Origin: Chlamydiia bacterium
GTDB taxonomy: Bacteria; Chlamydiota; Chlamydiia; Chlamydiales; 2-12-FULL-49-11
NCBI GenBank assembly: GCA_044359535.1
Contig: JBIKLZ010000018.1
Span: 1 to 21,174 of the forward strand
DNA length: 21,174 nucleotides
Reading direction: 5' to 3'
Below, piece by piece: positions 8,601 through 16,327 of this stretch. The stretch's first letter is position 1, and every line of letters starts with the position of its first letter. The notes beneath the pieces were generated by a model. The model was not told where the DNA came from. It did not search any database and saw nothing but the letters and a program-made list of their open reading frames with translations. Both the position numbers and the translations under genes were made by a program.

Positions 8601-9347
8601 ATGAAGAATTTTAAGTCAGTATTTTTTTTATTATTCATAATAGGTTGTGGCTCTTTTTCTGCAGTTTTTTCTGAAGCAAAAATAAATCAGTCGAGACTTT
8701 CAGGGTTTGAAGATTTACTTGTCCAGCATGTTATGAAATGCATTGAAAATGCAGAAAGGGGTATTTCATCTCTTTCTCAAGAAGCACTTGCAGTAGAGGG
8801 TATGTCAAGCCATAAAGTAAGACATCTCCTTAACAACTTATGTGCTTTTCCAGAAATTAATTATTTGGAAATTGGAGTTTGGCAAGGATCTACCTGGATA
8901 GCTTCTTTGTACAATAACTCTTCCACAATAAATGCAGCTGTTGCTATCGATAATTGGTCCGAGTTTGGTGGCCCAAAGGAAGAGTTTTTAAAAAACTGCA
9001 ATACATTTTTGAAAAGCAGTAGTTATAAGATAATTGAAAATGATTGTTTCCAACTTGACTTAAGTGAATTTACCTTCCCAATTAATCTTTACTTTTATGA
9101 TGGAAATCATACAGAACTTTCTCAAGAAAAAGCTTTTACATATTATGACCCTATTTTCGATGATTTGTTGATTGCAGTAGTTGATGATTGGAATTTCGCA
9201 GGAGTTTCAGAGGGCACTCGAAGGGCTTTTAGCTCATTAAATTATGAAATTCTTTTTGAAGTTATACTACCTTCATTTTGTATCAATGATAAGGATAACT
9301 GGTGGAATGGAGTCTATGTATCAGTTATTCGAAAAAAAATATTATAA
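8601..9347 (+). CDS. Class I SAM-dependent methyltransferase with signal-like N-terminus
   Basis: YLEIGVWQGST, AIDNWSEFGG, LYFYDGNH and AVVDDWN motifs; hydrophobic N-terminus. Confidence 0.85.
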   Translation: MKNFKSVFFLLFIIGCGSFSAVFSEAKINQSRLSGFEDLLVQHVMKCIENAERGISSLSQEALAVEGMSSHKVRHLLNNLCAFPEINYLEIGVWQGSTWIASLYNNSSTINAAVAIDNWSEFGGPKEEFLKNCNTFLKSSSYKIIENDCFQLDLSEFTFPINLYFYDGNHTELSQEKAFTYYDPIFDDLLIAVVDDWNFAGVSEGTRRAFSSLNYEILFEVILPSFCINDKDNWWNGVYVSVIRKKIL

Positions 9348-9381
9348 TACGGCCATTTCAAGCTTGAAGTGCACAGAAATA

Positions 9382-9580
9382 GGGAGTGTTTCCTAATTCA
9401 CGAAAAGGACTTAGATCCATTTTATAAAGTAGAGCAAGTCTCTCTTATGCAACCTTCATTTTATTCAATATACTTGATTTAAGAGCAATTTCTAGATCTT
9501 GATTTTGTTGATTTCTACTTTGAAGTGCAGGTCCAAAAAGCCTCTTCCAACGTGCTATTGTGCTTTCTACTGTAACTCTT
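9382..9580 (-). mobile_element. IS903-group right-end fragment
   Basis: RVTVESTIARWKRLFGPALQSRNQQNQDLEIALKSSILNKMKVA* followed by IRR (GGGAGTGTTTCCTAATTCAC on + strand). Confidence 0.85.
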
Positions 9581-9669
9581 TTATTAGACTTGTTTCAAAA
9601 CTTCATTTGTTTTTAAAATGATTCTTTTTGTCATCTTTTTTGAAAAATTTTGAGACCCTATGTCTACAT

Positions 9670-9776
9670 GGGTGTGTTTCCTAATTCATCAAAAAAATAT
9701 AAGTTCTAATATCTTTCTTCATTAACAAGAAACGCATGAGATATTCTAAGGTATTGAAAAACAAAGGAAAATCTCA
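9670..9776 (+). mobile_element. IS903-group left-end fragment, cut at the transposase start codon
   Basis: GGGTGTGTTTCCTAATTCATC...AAAGGAAAATCTCA; matches the reverse complement of about 6965-7071. Confidence 0.85.
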
Positions 9777-10315
9777 CCCAAAAGCCATATCTTTTCTTGC
9801 CCGAAAGTGTTCAGCGTCTCTGCAAAAAGTTTTAATTTTTTCAGAGAAAGTGAGCTCTTTGATGAATTGACTGCCATTATTGGACGCAATAGATGCATAG
9901 GTCGTAATGAGTTGTTCTGCCTCTCCACAATCTAAAATAGCCTTGAGAAATTCAAGAAAAGGTTTCCAAACCAAACGTGATCTGTCAGTAAGCATTTGCT
10001 CATCAAATTTTGTTTTAGTTTCTTTGAAGAAAGATCTGTCGATAGCCTTTTTCAATCTGGGATCACAGCTTATTTTATTCCTAAGTTCAGCTGTTGCGCG
10101 ATGCACATCTTCAAACACAGCCTATCCAAGGTTTTCAAAATGTTTTTGATCTTGCTTTTTTGCCTTGGATAACTCATTGATGCCTCCTTGGAAGTATTTT
10201 TGTTTGATTCGTTCAGACTAACAAGATCACAAACAGCATAAATAAGACTCCCTAAGGAATTATCTCCATCAAGATCCTTCAGAAGAAGGTTTACAATATT
10301 TATTACATCTTTCAC
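9777..10315 (-). pseudogene. Fragmented hypothetical gene
   Basis: Overlapping minus-strand ORFs 10070-10315 and 9774-10118 look like one frameshifted gene whose 3' end is cut by the IS left end; no family recognised. Confidence 0.4.
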
Positions 10316-10428
10316 TTCGGAGCTCTTTAGTTTTGGAGATGATTATTAATGAATCGCTATGATAGGATTCTGGGAAAAAATGATCAATACTATCATGATA
10401 TTGACAAATTAGAATCCAGAGGAATTTT

Positions 10429-12168
10429 TTGATGAGGAATTTTATGTGGCGTATACGTCCTAAACATATAGAAAAGAATGGAAAGATATGGGGAGTTTTA
10501 TATTTTTTATTTTTGGCCATAACCAGTTTTACAAATTCTCATTTACAAGGAGAAGCTATTCACTCAGAGCTTACAGCCAATCAATCTGTTCCATGTTTGT
10601 CAGTTAATACCATTCAAACAATGACTCTTGAGGAAAAAGTAGGACAGCTTCTCATGGTTAACTTTCATGGAGAAGTTGCTAATAACGAAGCTAAGACTCT
10701 CATTCAAGATACGAAAGTGGGAGGAATTATTTATTACAATTGGTCTAATGGGTTGAGCTCTCCAGAACAAGTTCAGGATTTAAGTTTTGGTCTTCAAAAG
10801 CTAACACAAAATAATCGGATTCCTATCCCTCTTTTTATTGCAGTAGATCAAGAAGGTGGTGTGGTTGCCAGATTAAATAATGGTTTTACAACATTTCCTG
10901 GCAATAGAGCTTTGGGAGAAACTCATGACCCTAATCTTGCGGAGATGGCAGCATTTTCTATAGGACAGGAATTACAAGCTGTTGGCGTTAATATGAACTT
11001 TGCACCGGTTGTAGATGTCAACATTAACCCCCGTAATCCAATTATTGGAGTTCGTTCTTTTGGCGACGATCCAGAGACTGTTCTTACCTTTGGTGAAAAA
11101 GCCTTACATGGATACAGGCAGGCAAATATTATAGCTTCGCTGAAACATTTTCCTGGACATGGCGATGTAGAGATTGATTCTCATGAAGATTTGCCAATTA
11201 TTCACAAATCAATGAAAGAATTAGAACAAGTGGAGTTACTTCCTTTTGCAAAGCTTGCATCATCTTCCGATATGATTATGACAGCTCACCTTCTTGTTCC
11301 GGCTTTAGATAAAGAAAATTGTTCTACATTATCGGAAAAAACTCTGGCATATCTAAAAAACACTATTGGTTTTAAGGGTGTTATCATTACCGACTCCCTT
11401 GTCATGGAGGGAGTGTTGAAAAAATGTCATACCGTTGATGAAGCTGCAATTCAAGCATTAAATGCGGGTTGTGATATTCTTTTGCTAGGTGGAAAACAGT
11501 TAATTGGCGGACATGCCAATTTAGCGCTTACTGTGAGCGATATTCACCGAATACACGGTTCTATCGTCAATGCTGTTAAGAGTGATCGTATTTCAGAAGC
11601 AAGGTTAAACCAAGCCGTTGAAAAAATTCTTAGATTAAAAAAACGCTATTTAAACTCTACAATTTCCCAATCTCGACCCGATCTGGATCATTTAGTTAAT
11701 ACACTCAATCATCAAGAACTTACCCAAAAAATTGCTTCTCTGGCATTGAAAGTCCTTTTGAATTCACCTGATGCCATTTCACCTCTTAATCAAAAGAAAA
11801 TTGTTGTATTTTCTCCTCAATTACTCCGCGATAGTATTAAAAAAACGACTCTTCATGAAATTGGGAAAACAACTGATTTATGGTTTTTTTGCAATCTTAA
11901 CCCTTCTAATGAAGAAATAGAAGCTGCAAAGCAAAATGCACAAGCCGCTGATGTGTTACTGATTTGCTCTTACAATGCATGGAAAAATCCATCCCAAGTA
12001 GCACTAATTCAATCACTTTTAAATACAGGAAAACCAGTAATTCTTTTAGTTATGAGGGATCCACTTGATACTTTTTTCTTTCCTAAGGCAAACCTTATTT
12101 TCAATACTTTTAGTCCTACTGCACCTTCGATAGAGGCTGTCTGTAATCAACTAAAAGAGAGGTATTAA
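10429..12168 (+). CDS. nagZ: GH3 beta-N-acetylhexosaminidase (two-domain NagZ-like), probably exported
   Basis: MTLEEKVGQL, AVDQEGGVVAR, NFAPVVDV, RSFG, KHFPGHG....DSH (NagZ signature), IITDSLVM; start may be a downstream ATG (e.g. 10444). Confidence 0.9.
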   Translation: MMRNFMWRIRPKHIEKNGKIWGVLYFLFLAITSFTNSHLQGEAIHSELTANQSVPCLSVNTIQTMTLEEKVGQLLMVNFHGEVANNEAKTLIQDTKVGGIIYYNWSNGLSSPEQVQDLSFGLQKLTQNNRIPIPLFIAVDQEGGVVARLNNGFTTFPGNRALGETHDPNLAEMAAFSIGQELQAVGVNMNFAPVVDVNINPRNPIIGVRSFGDDPETVLTFGEKALHGYRQANIIASLKHFPGHGDVEIDSHEDLPIIHKSMKELEQVELLPFAKLASSSDMIMTAHLLVPALDKENCSTLSEKTLAYLKNTIGFKGVIITDSLVMEGVLKKCHTVDEAAIQALNAGCDILLLGGKQLIGGHANLALTVSDIHRIHGSIVNAVKSDRISEARLNQAVEKILRLKKRYLNSTISQSRPDLDHLVNTLNHQELTQKIASLALKVLLNSPDAISPLNQKKIVVFSPQLLRDSIKKTTLHEIGKTTDLWFFCNLNPSNEEIEAAKQNAQAADVLLICSYNAWKNPSQVALIQSLLNTGKPVILLVMRDPLDTFFFPKANLIFNTFSPTAPSIEAVCNQLKERY

Positions 12169-12308
12169 TGAGAAAAAATTCAGTTTAAATTCCTTCACAA
12201 GGAAGGAGTAACTTTACCTGACTGGTTAAAAGTTGCCTCTGGATGCCCGTGGCGTTTATGAATAGGGTCATTTAAATCCCAGCAATCGATTTTTTTATTC
12301 TTCCAATC

Positions 12309-12411
12309 GGGTGTGTTTCCTAATTCATCAAAAAAATATAAGTTCTAAAATGTTTCTTCATTAACAAGAAACGCATCAGATATTCTAATTAGTGAATTAG
12401 GAAACACACCC
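12309..12411 (+). mobile_element. 103-bp MITE flanked by ATC direct repeat
   Basis: Perfect 19-bp IR GGGTGTGTTTCCTAATTCA/TGAATTAGGAAACACACCC; ATC at 12306-12308 and 12412-12414. Confidence 0.9.
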
Positions 12412-12504
12412 ATCATTAACCAAAAATAAATGTATCATAAAATATATTTCAGAATACAAAGCAGAACTAAAGTTCTGGTATAAGATTTCTTCACTAAAAT
12501 CACC

Positions 12505-12534
12505 TTGCAAAAAATCATGAAATTTGTTCATAAT
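12505..12534 (+). promoter_or_regulatory. Candidate promoter of the His leader/symporter
   Basis: TTGCAA 12505-12510, CATAAT 12529-12534 (18-bp spacer). Confidence 0.4.
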
Positions 12535-12587
12535 AGTTCTATATTTTGTAGTAAATTGCAAAAATACACCCCATTTTGGAGAAACCT

Positions 12588-12683
12588 ATGAAAACATTAC
12601 GCTCAAGACATAATTTAAATCTTCTGCTTGCCCTTTCTTTTTCTCTCCATCATCCTCATCATGACGAGCATCTTGCTCACTAA
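12588..12683 (+). CDS. His-rich leader peptide (31 aa)
   Basis: GGAGAA RBS, MKTLRSRHNLNLLLALSFSLHHPHHDEHLAH*; 6 His in the last 11 codons; about 100 nt upstream of the symporter. Confidence 0.8.
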   Translation: MKTLRSRHNLNLLLALSFSLHHPHHDEHLAH

Positions 12684-12785
12684 TCACACTATAAATAAAA
12701 AATAAAATTTATAGCATCTTTTGGCTGGAATAAGAAATTTAGCCTATTAAAACAATTTTTAATATTTTATTTGGAGAAAAATAAA

Positions 12786-14147
12786 ATGAATATTTACATT
12801 TTTATTATCATGCTTTTTGCCCTTCAATTGTTCTATTGGTTCGTTGGAAGAAGAGGTTCTATGAACCTTGAGGGACAAGAGGATTATTTTTTGGCTGGGA
12901 AAAGTGTACGTTTATTCCCATTAATGATGACCTTTCTTGCCACACAAGTTGGGGGAGGCGTTGTTCTTGGTGCTGCTGACGAGGCGTTTATATTTGGGTG
13001 GCCAGTGCTTTTATATCCCCTTGGGGTGGCACTTGGGTTGATTCTTTTGGGCTCTGGAGTTGGAAAAAAATTAGCTAGATTTAAGGTGTCGACCGTAGCT
13101 CAAATTTTTGAGGTGGTCTATAGCTCTCCTATGCTTAGAAAAGTTGCAGCGATGTTATCTATCATTTCCTTATTTATGATCCTTGTGGCGCAAATTATCG
13201 CTTCAGCTAAGTTCTTAGGGAGTCTTGGAGTGAATAACACCCCTTTATTCATCGCATTTTGGGCAATTGTTATCGTATATACAGCACAAGGTGGGTTGAG
13301 GACTGTTATTTCAACAGATAAAGTACAGGCGGCGTTTTTTTCAGTAGTATTTCTCCTTTGTTTTGGATTCGTACTTTATTCAGATCCATCAATAATTGCT
13401 ATGCCAACATTTCAATTAGAAAATTTTGAAAAAGTATCCACAAAACTTTGCGGGTGGATTTTAATGCCCTTACTTTTTATGGTGATTGAGCAAGATATTG
13501 GGCAGCGTTGTTTTGCAGGTGCCTCTCCTAAAATTGTTTCAAGAGCCTCCTTTTTTGCAGGGATTATGACTTTGATTGTCTGCGTAGTCCCAGTGTTTTT
13601 TGGCTGCTTGGCAAAAACGATGGAATTAAAGATCTCTCCTGGAAGTAGCGTATTATTGACTGCTGTTGCAAAAACTACCAACCCATGGATGGCAAGTTTG
13701 GTTGGATGTGCTGTAATTGCAGCAATTATTTCCACCGCGACATCCTTGATAAATGCCATCAGCTCTAATATTACTAGCGACTTCAAGCTGGCTATTTTTG
13801 AGCAAAAGAACTCGATGCGTATTGTACAAGCAATTACATGCCTCATTTCCATTGCAGCGATATTTTTTGCGTTTTACTTTAATAATATTGTTGATCTTCT
13901 CATCCAAAGCTATGAACTCTCAGTGAGCTGTCTTTTCATTTCTATTTTTATTGCCCTCTTCAAGAAGAAAGGGAATTTCGAGGCAGCTTTTATTTCCATC
14001 CTTTTTGGGTCACTTGGATTTGTCCTATTTCGCATATATCCGATGAAAATTCCAAAAGAGGTGGCTAGTATCATCCTTTCTATGAGTGGCTATCTTATAG
14101 GTGAACTGTATGCTTATAATAAGAAAAAGGAGTATCGCATACTATGA
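12786..14147 (+). CDS. Sodium:solute symporter (SSS/PutP-PanF-like), predicted histidine importer
   Basis: DYFLAGKS, GGLRTVISTD, QRCFA and AAIISTA motifs; many TM helices; GGAGAA RBS favours ATG 12786 over TTG 12771. Substrate is inferred. Confidence 0.88.
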   Translation: MNIYIFIIMLFALQLFYWFVGRRGSMNLEGQEDYFLAGKSVRLFPLMMTFLATQVGGGVVLGAADEAFIFGWPVLLYPLGVALGLILLGSGVGKKLARFKVSTVAQIFEVVYSSPMLRKVAAMLSIISLFMILVAQIIASAKFLGSLGVNNTPLFIAFWAIVIVYTAQGGLRTVISTDKVQAAFFSVVFLLCFGFVLYSDPSIIAMPTFQLENFEKVSTKLCGWILMPLLFMVIEQDIGQRCFAGASPKIVSRASFFAGIMTLIVCVVPVFFGCLAKTMELKISPGSSVLLTAVAKTTNPWMASLVGCAVIAAIISTATSLINAISSNITSDFKLAIFEQKNSMRIVQAITCLISIAAIFFAFYFNNIVDLLIQSYELSVSCLFISIFIALFKKKGNFEAAFISILFGSLGFVLFRIYPMKIPKEVASIILSMSGYLIGELYAYNKKKEYRIL

Positions 14148-14186
14148 AATAAATAAATCACATTATGATTAGATTTATATTTAGAA

Positions 14187-14440
14187 TCAGATGAGGCAAT
14201 TACTTTTTTTGCAACTGTAGGGTACCTTTTTAAATTACCACTGCGAGCAACTGAAGGTTTTTTAAAATCTCTATTTTCTGCCTTAGAGCTATTACTTATA
14301 GTTCCTGGTTACTCTGGCGTGTGCAAAAGAATGCAAAAAATTACTCTCCCGACTCATTTAAAAAAAGGGGTAAAAATTAGAGATATAAGACTTCTGAGTT
14401 CAAGCGGTTTAAAAGTATATGGCGAGGGTGAATGAAAAAG
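14187..14440 (+). mobile_element. IS903-group transposase internal fragment (degraded)
   Basis: SDEAITFFATVGYLFKLPLRATEGFLKSLF...VPGYSGVCKRM then SSGLKVYGEGE* (IS903-type DSTGLKVFGEGEW with TGG changed to TGA). Confidence 0.85.
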
Positions 14441-14442
14441 AT

Positions 14443-14475
14443 TTGACTTTTATTTGTGTAATGCTGTAACGTTAC
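14443..14475 (+). promoter_or_regulatory. trpR promoter with overlapping TrpR operator
   Basis: -35 TTGACT 14443-14448, -10 TAACGT 14467-14472; imperfect palindrome GTAATGCTGTAACGTTAC 14458-14475, resembling the C. trachomatis trp operator as recalled. Confidence 0.75.
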
Positions 14476-14500
14476 GTTAAAAGACTAGAAAAAGGGATCC

Positions 14501-14797
14501 ATGCACATACAGAATAAAAAAAATTGGAAGATGTTTTTAGAGCTTTGTTTAAAAACACAGAGCACTTCCCGTTTATCGGATTTATTTGATTTGTTTTTCA
14601 CGATCGAGGAAAAACAGCACCTTGCTTGTCGTATGCAAATTATTGAGGACCTTTTGGAGGCAAAGCTTTCCCAAAGAGAGATCTCTGAAAAAAAGAATGT
14701 GAGTATTTCTCAAATTACGCGTGGGTCTAACGCTTTAAAAATTGCAAGTAGTGATCTTGTAAAATTTATTGAAAGTTACCTAAGGGAGAATAAGTAA
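14501..14797 (+). CDS. trpR: Trp repressor
   Basis: WKMFLEL...FFTIEEKQHLACRMQIIEDLL...SQREISEKKNVSISQITRGSNALK, the TrpR family HTH signature. Confidence 0.93.
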   Translation: MHIQNKKNWKMFLELCLKTQSTSRLSDLFDLFFTIEEKQHLACRMQIIEDLLEAKLSQREISEKKNVSISQITRGSNALKIASSDLVKFIESYLRENK

Positions 14798-14798
14798 A

Positions 14799-14858
14799 AT
14801 GAAAAAAGATCTTTTTTTTAGATTTTCCCTCCCCTTTTGGTGGCGCTTTAAGCTCTAA
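14799..14858 (+). CDS. trpL: Trp leader peptide (19 aa)
   Basis: MKKDLFFRFSLPFWWRFKL*; ATG 1 nt after the trpR stop, GGGAGA RBS inside trpR; tandem TGG TGG followed by Arg as in enterobacterial TrpL. Confidence 0.85.
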   Translation: MKKDLFFRFSLPFWWRFKL

Positions 14859-14953
14859 TTCATTTTTTATTAAAAAATACATTTCATTTGCCATCACCGC
14901 TTTAATTTAGCCCGTTTGGCATCACTTAAACCAAATAATTCAAGAGACTTATT

Positions 14954-16327
14954 ATGATACATATCTATGAGAAAAACTATGTCAAATTTTGTTTTTCATT
15001 ATTAAATAACAATAATATTAACACGCACAATATTGAATCAACTATATTTTTAAATCTTCAAAATGCAAAAAAACTACATGATACGATTGATTCTTATATC
15101 AATAGATTAGCCTTTAGATGTAGCCTTTGTTTTAAAGTTTATATAAAACTTGCAGTAATTAGTGGGGCAGGCATTGCAGGTCTTTGTACATCTTTTGAGC
15201 TTTTAGCAAAGGGTTATAAAGTAATTATTGCTGAAAAAAGAGAAGCTTTTTCTCGCTCAAATATCATTAACTTTAACATAGAAATTCAACATTTTCTAAA
15301 AAGATTTGATCTACTTAGTGAATTTGAAGAATCTGTTGCAGCAATAATAAAGAGTCATAAAGTAATTCACATTGGAAAAGATGGTACAAAAGAGCTTTTT
15401 TTTTCAGATGTTAGCAACCTTAAGCTTAGTAACCAATCTTTTGAAATAGAAAATTTTAACACCCTTTTTAAAGAAGATGGGGTCTACAGTGCAAAGATTA
15501 AAGATTTGCAAGCATTTCTTGCTAATAAAGCTCTAGAAAATGGGGTTCAAATATTTGGAAATGTAAAGGTAAAGATCCAATCTTTGGCGCAAGTAAAAGG
15601 TAGTTTAAAAGTAGAAATAATAGCAAATCGATATTTGCAAAATCCTATAAAACTTAAGCCAGATCTGCTGTTTGTAGCAGAAGGAGCACATTCAACTACT
15701 GCAAAATTTCTTAATCTAAAAGCAAAGGTGGTTAAAAATATGTGCACTGATGAACATTGGGTTTATGGAAATATAAATTATCCAGTTGAAAAGAGTTTTG
15801 TTGTTTCTATAGTAGATACTTTGCAAAAAAATTTAAGTATAGCAAATGTGATTTTCAATGCTAAGGTTGGACAAATCAATATTGCAGTAACTTCAAAACC
15901 GTCTTTAAGTAAAAATCTTATTGAAAATAAGCTTTTAGCTATTTTAGAAAAAGTTTTTACTTTCGAGTCTATGGAGCACATTCCTAACTTTTCAATTACC
16001 ACTGTTGATCGTCCAGTGCGTGTTAGAAATCAAATGCGGAATATTTTTTCAAAAGGGAATGTTTTTTTAATTGGAGACTCAGCAGGCAACAGCTCCCCTC
16101 TTGCTGGTTTAGGTGGCACTATTTGTCTTACTCTTATTCCAAAAGCTGTAGAGCAACTTTTAAAGGATAGTGAAGTAGACCCATCTAATAAAGATAAAAA
16201 CTTTGAAACTTTTTCAAATGCTTATATTTCTAGATGGATGGGTAAATCCGAGCAAGTAAAGAGATTTTGTACCCATTTATTTGATCAAGAGCGACTAAAA
16301 GTGGGGCAATATGAAAATCAGCAATGA
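14954..16327 (+). CDS. FAD-dependent monooxygenase (group A/PHBH fold) with MICAL-like motifs
   Basis: GAGIAGL, EKREAFSRSN, VAEGAHS and LIGDSAGNSSPLAGLG motifs; about 64-aa N-terminal extension. Confidence 0.85.
   Translation: MIHIYEKNYVKFCFSLLNNNNINTHNIESTIFLNLQNAKKLHDTIDSYINRLAFRCSLCFKVYIKLAVISGAGIAGLCTSFELLAKGYKVIIAEKREAFSRSNIINFNIEIQHFLKRFDLLSEFEESVAAIIKSHKVIHIGKDGTKELFFSDVSNLKLSNQSFEIENFNTLFKEDGVYSAKIKDLQAFLANKALENGVQIFGNVKVKIQSLAQVKGSLKVEIIANRYLQNPIKLKPDLLFVAEGAHSTTAKFLNLKAKVVKNMCTDEHWVYGNINYPVEKSFVVSIVDTLQKNLSIANVIFNAKVGQINIAVTSKPSLSKNLIENKLLAILEKVFTFESMEHIPNFSITTVDRPVRVRNQMRNIFSKGNVFLIGDSAGNSSPLAGLGGTICLTLIPKAVEQLLKDSEVDPSNKDKNFETFSNAYISRWMGKSEQVKRFCTHLFDQERLKVGQYENQQ

Noticed and set aside
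9583-9669. AGACTTGTTTCAAAACT as the end of a third IS type
   Set aside because: Single copy, no partner repeat or coding remnant visible.
6845-12411. Recurrent GTGTTTCCTAATTCA motif as a CRISPR repeat
   Set aside because: Irregular spacing, both orientations, attached to transposase remnants, no cas genes; these are IS/MITE terminal repeats.
14501-14797. YerC/YecD-type His regulator linked to the His leader instead of true TrpR
   Set aside because: The ITRGSNALK signature, trp-type operator and adjacent WW leader favour canonical TrpR.
14968-15005. Out-of-frame ATGs implying a frameshifted monooxygenase start
   Set aside because: The frame from 14954 is open; the alternative needs an unsupported indel in a T run.
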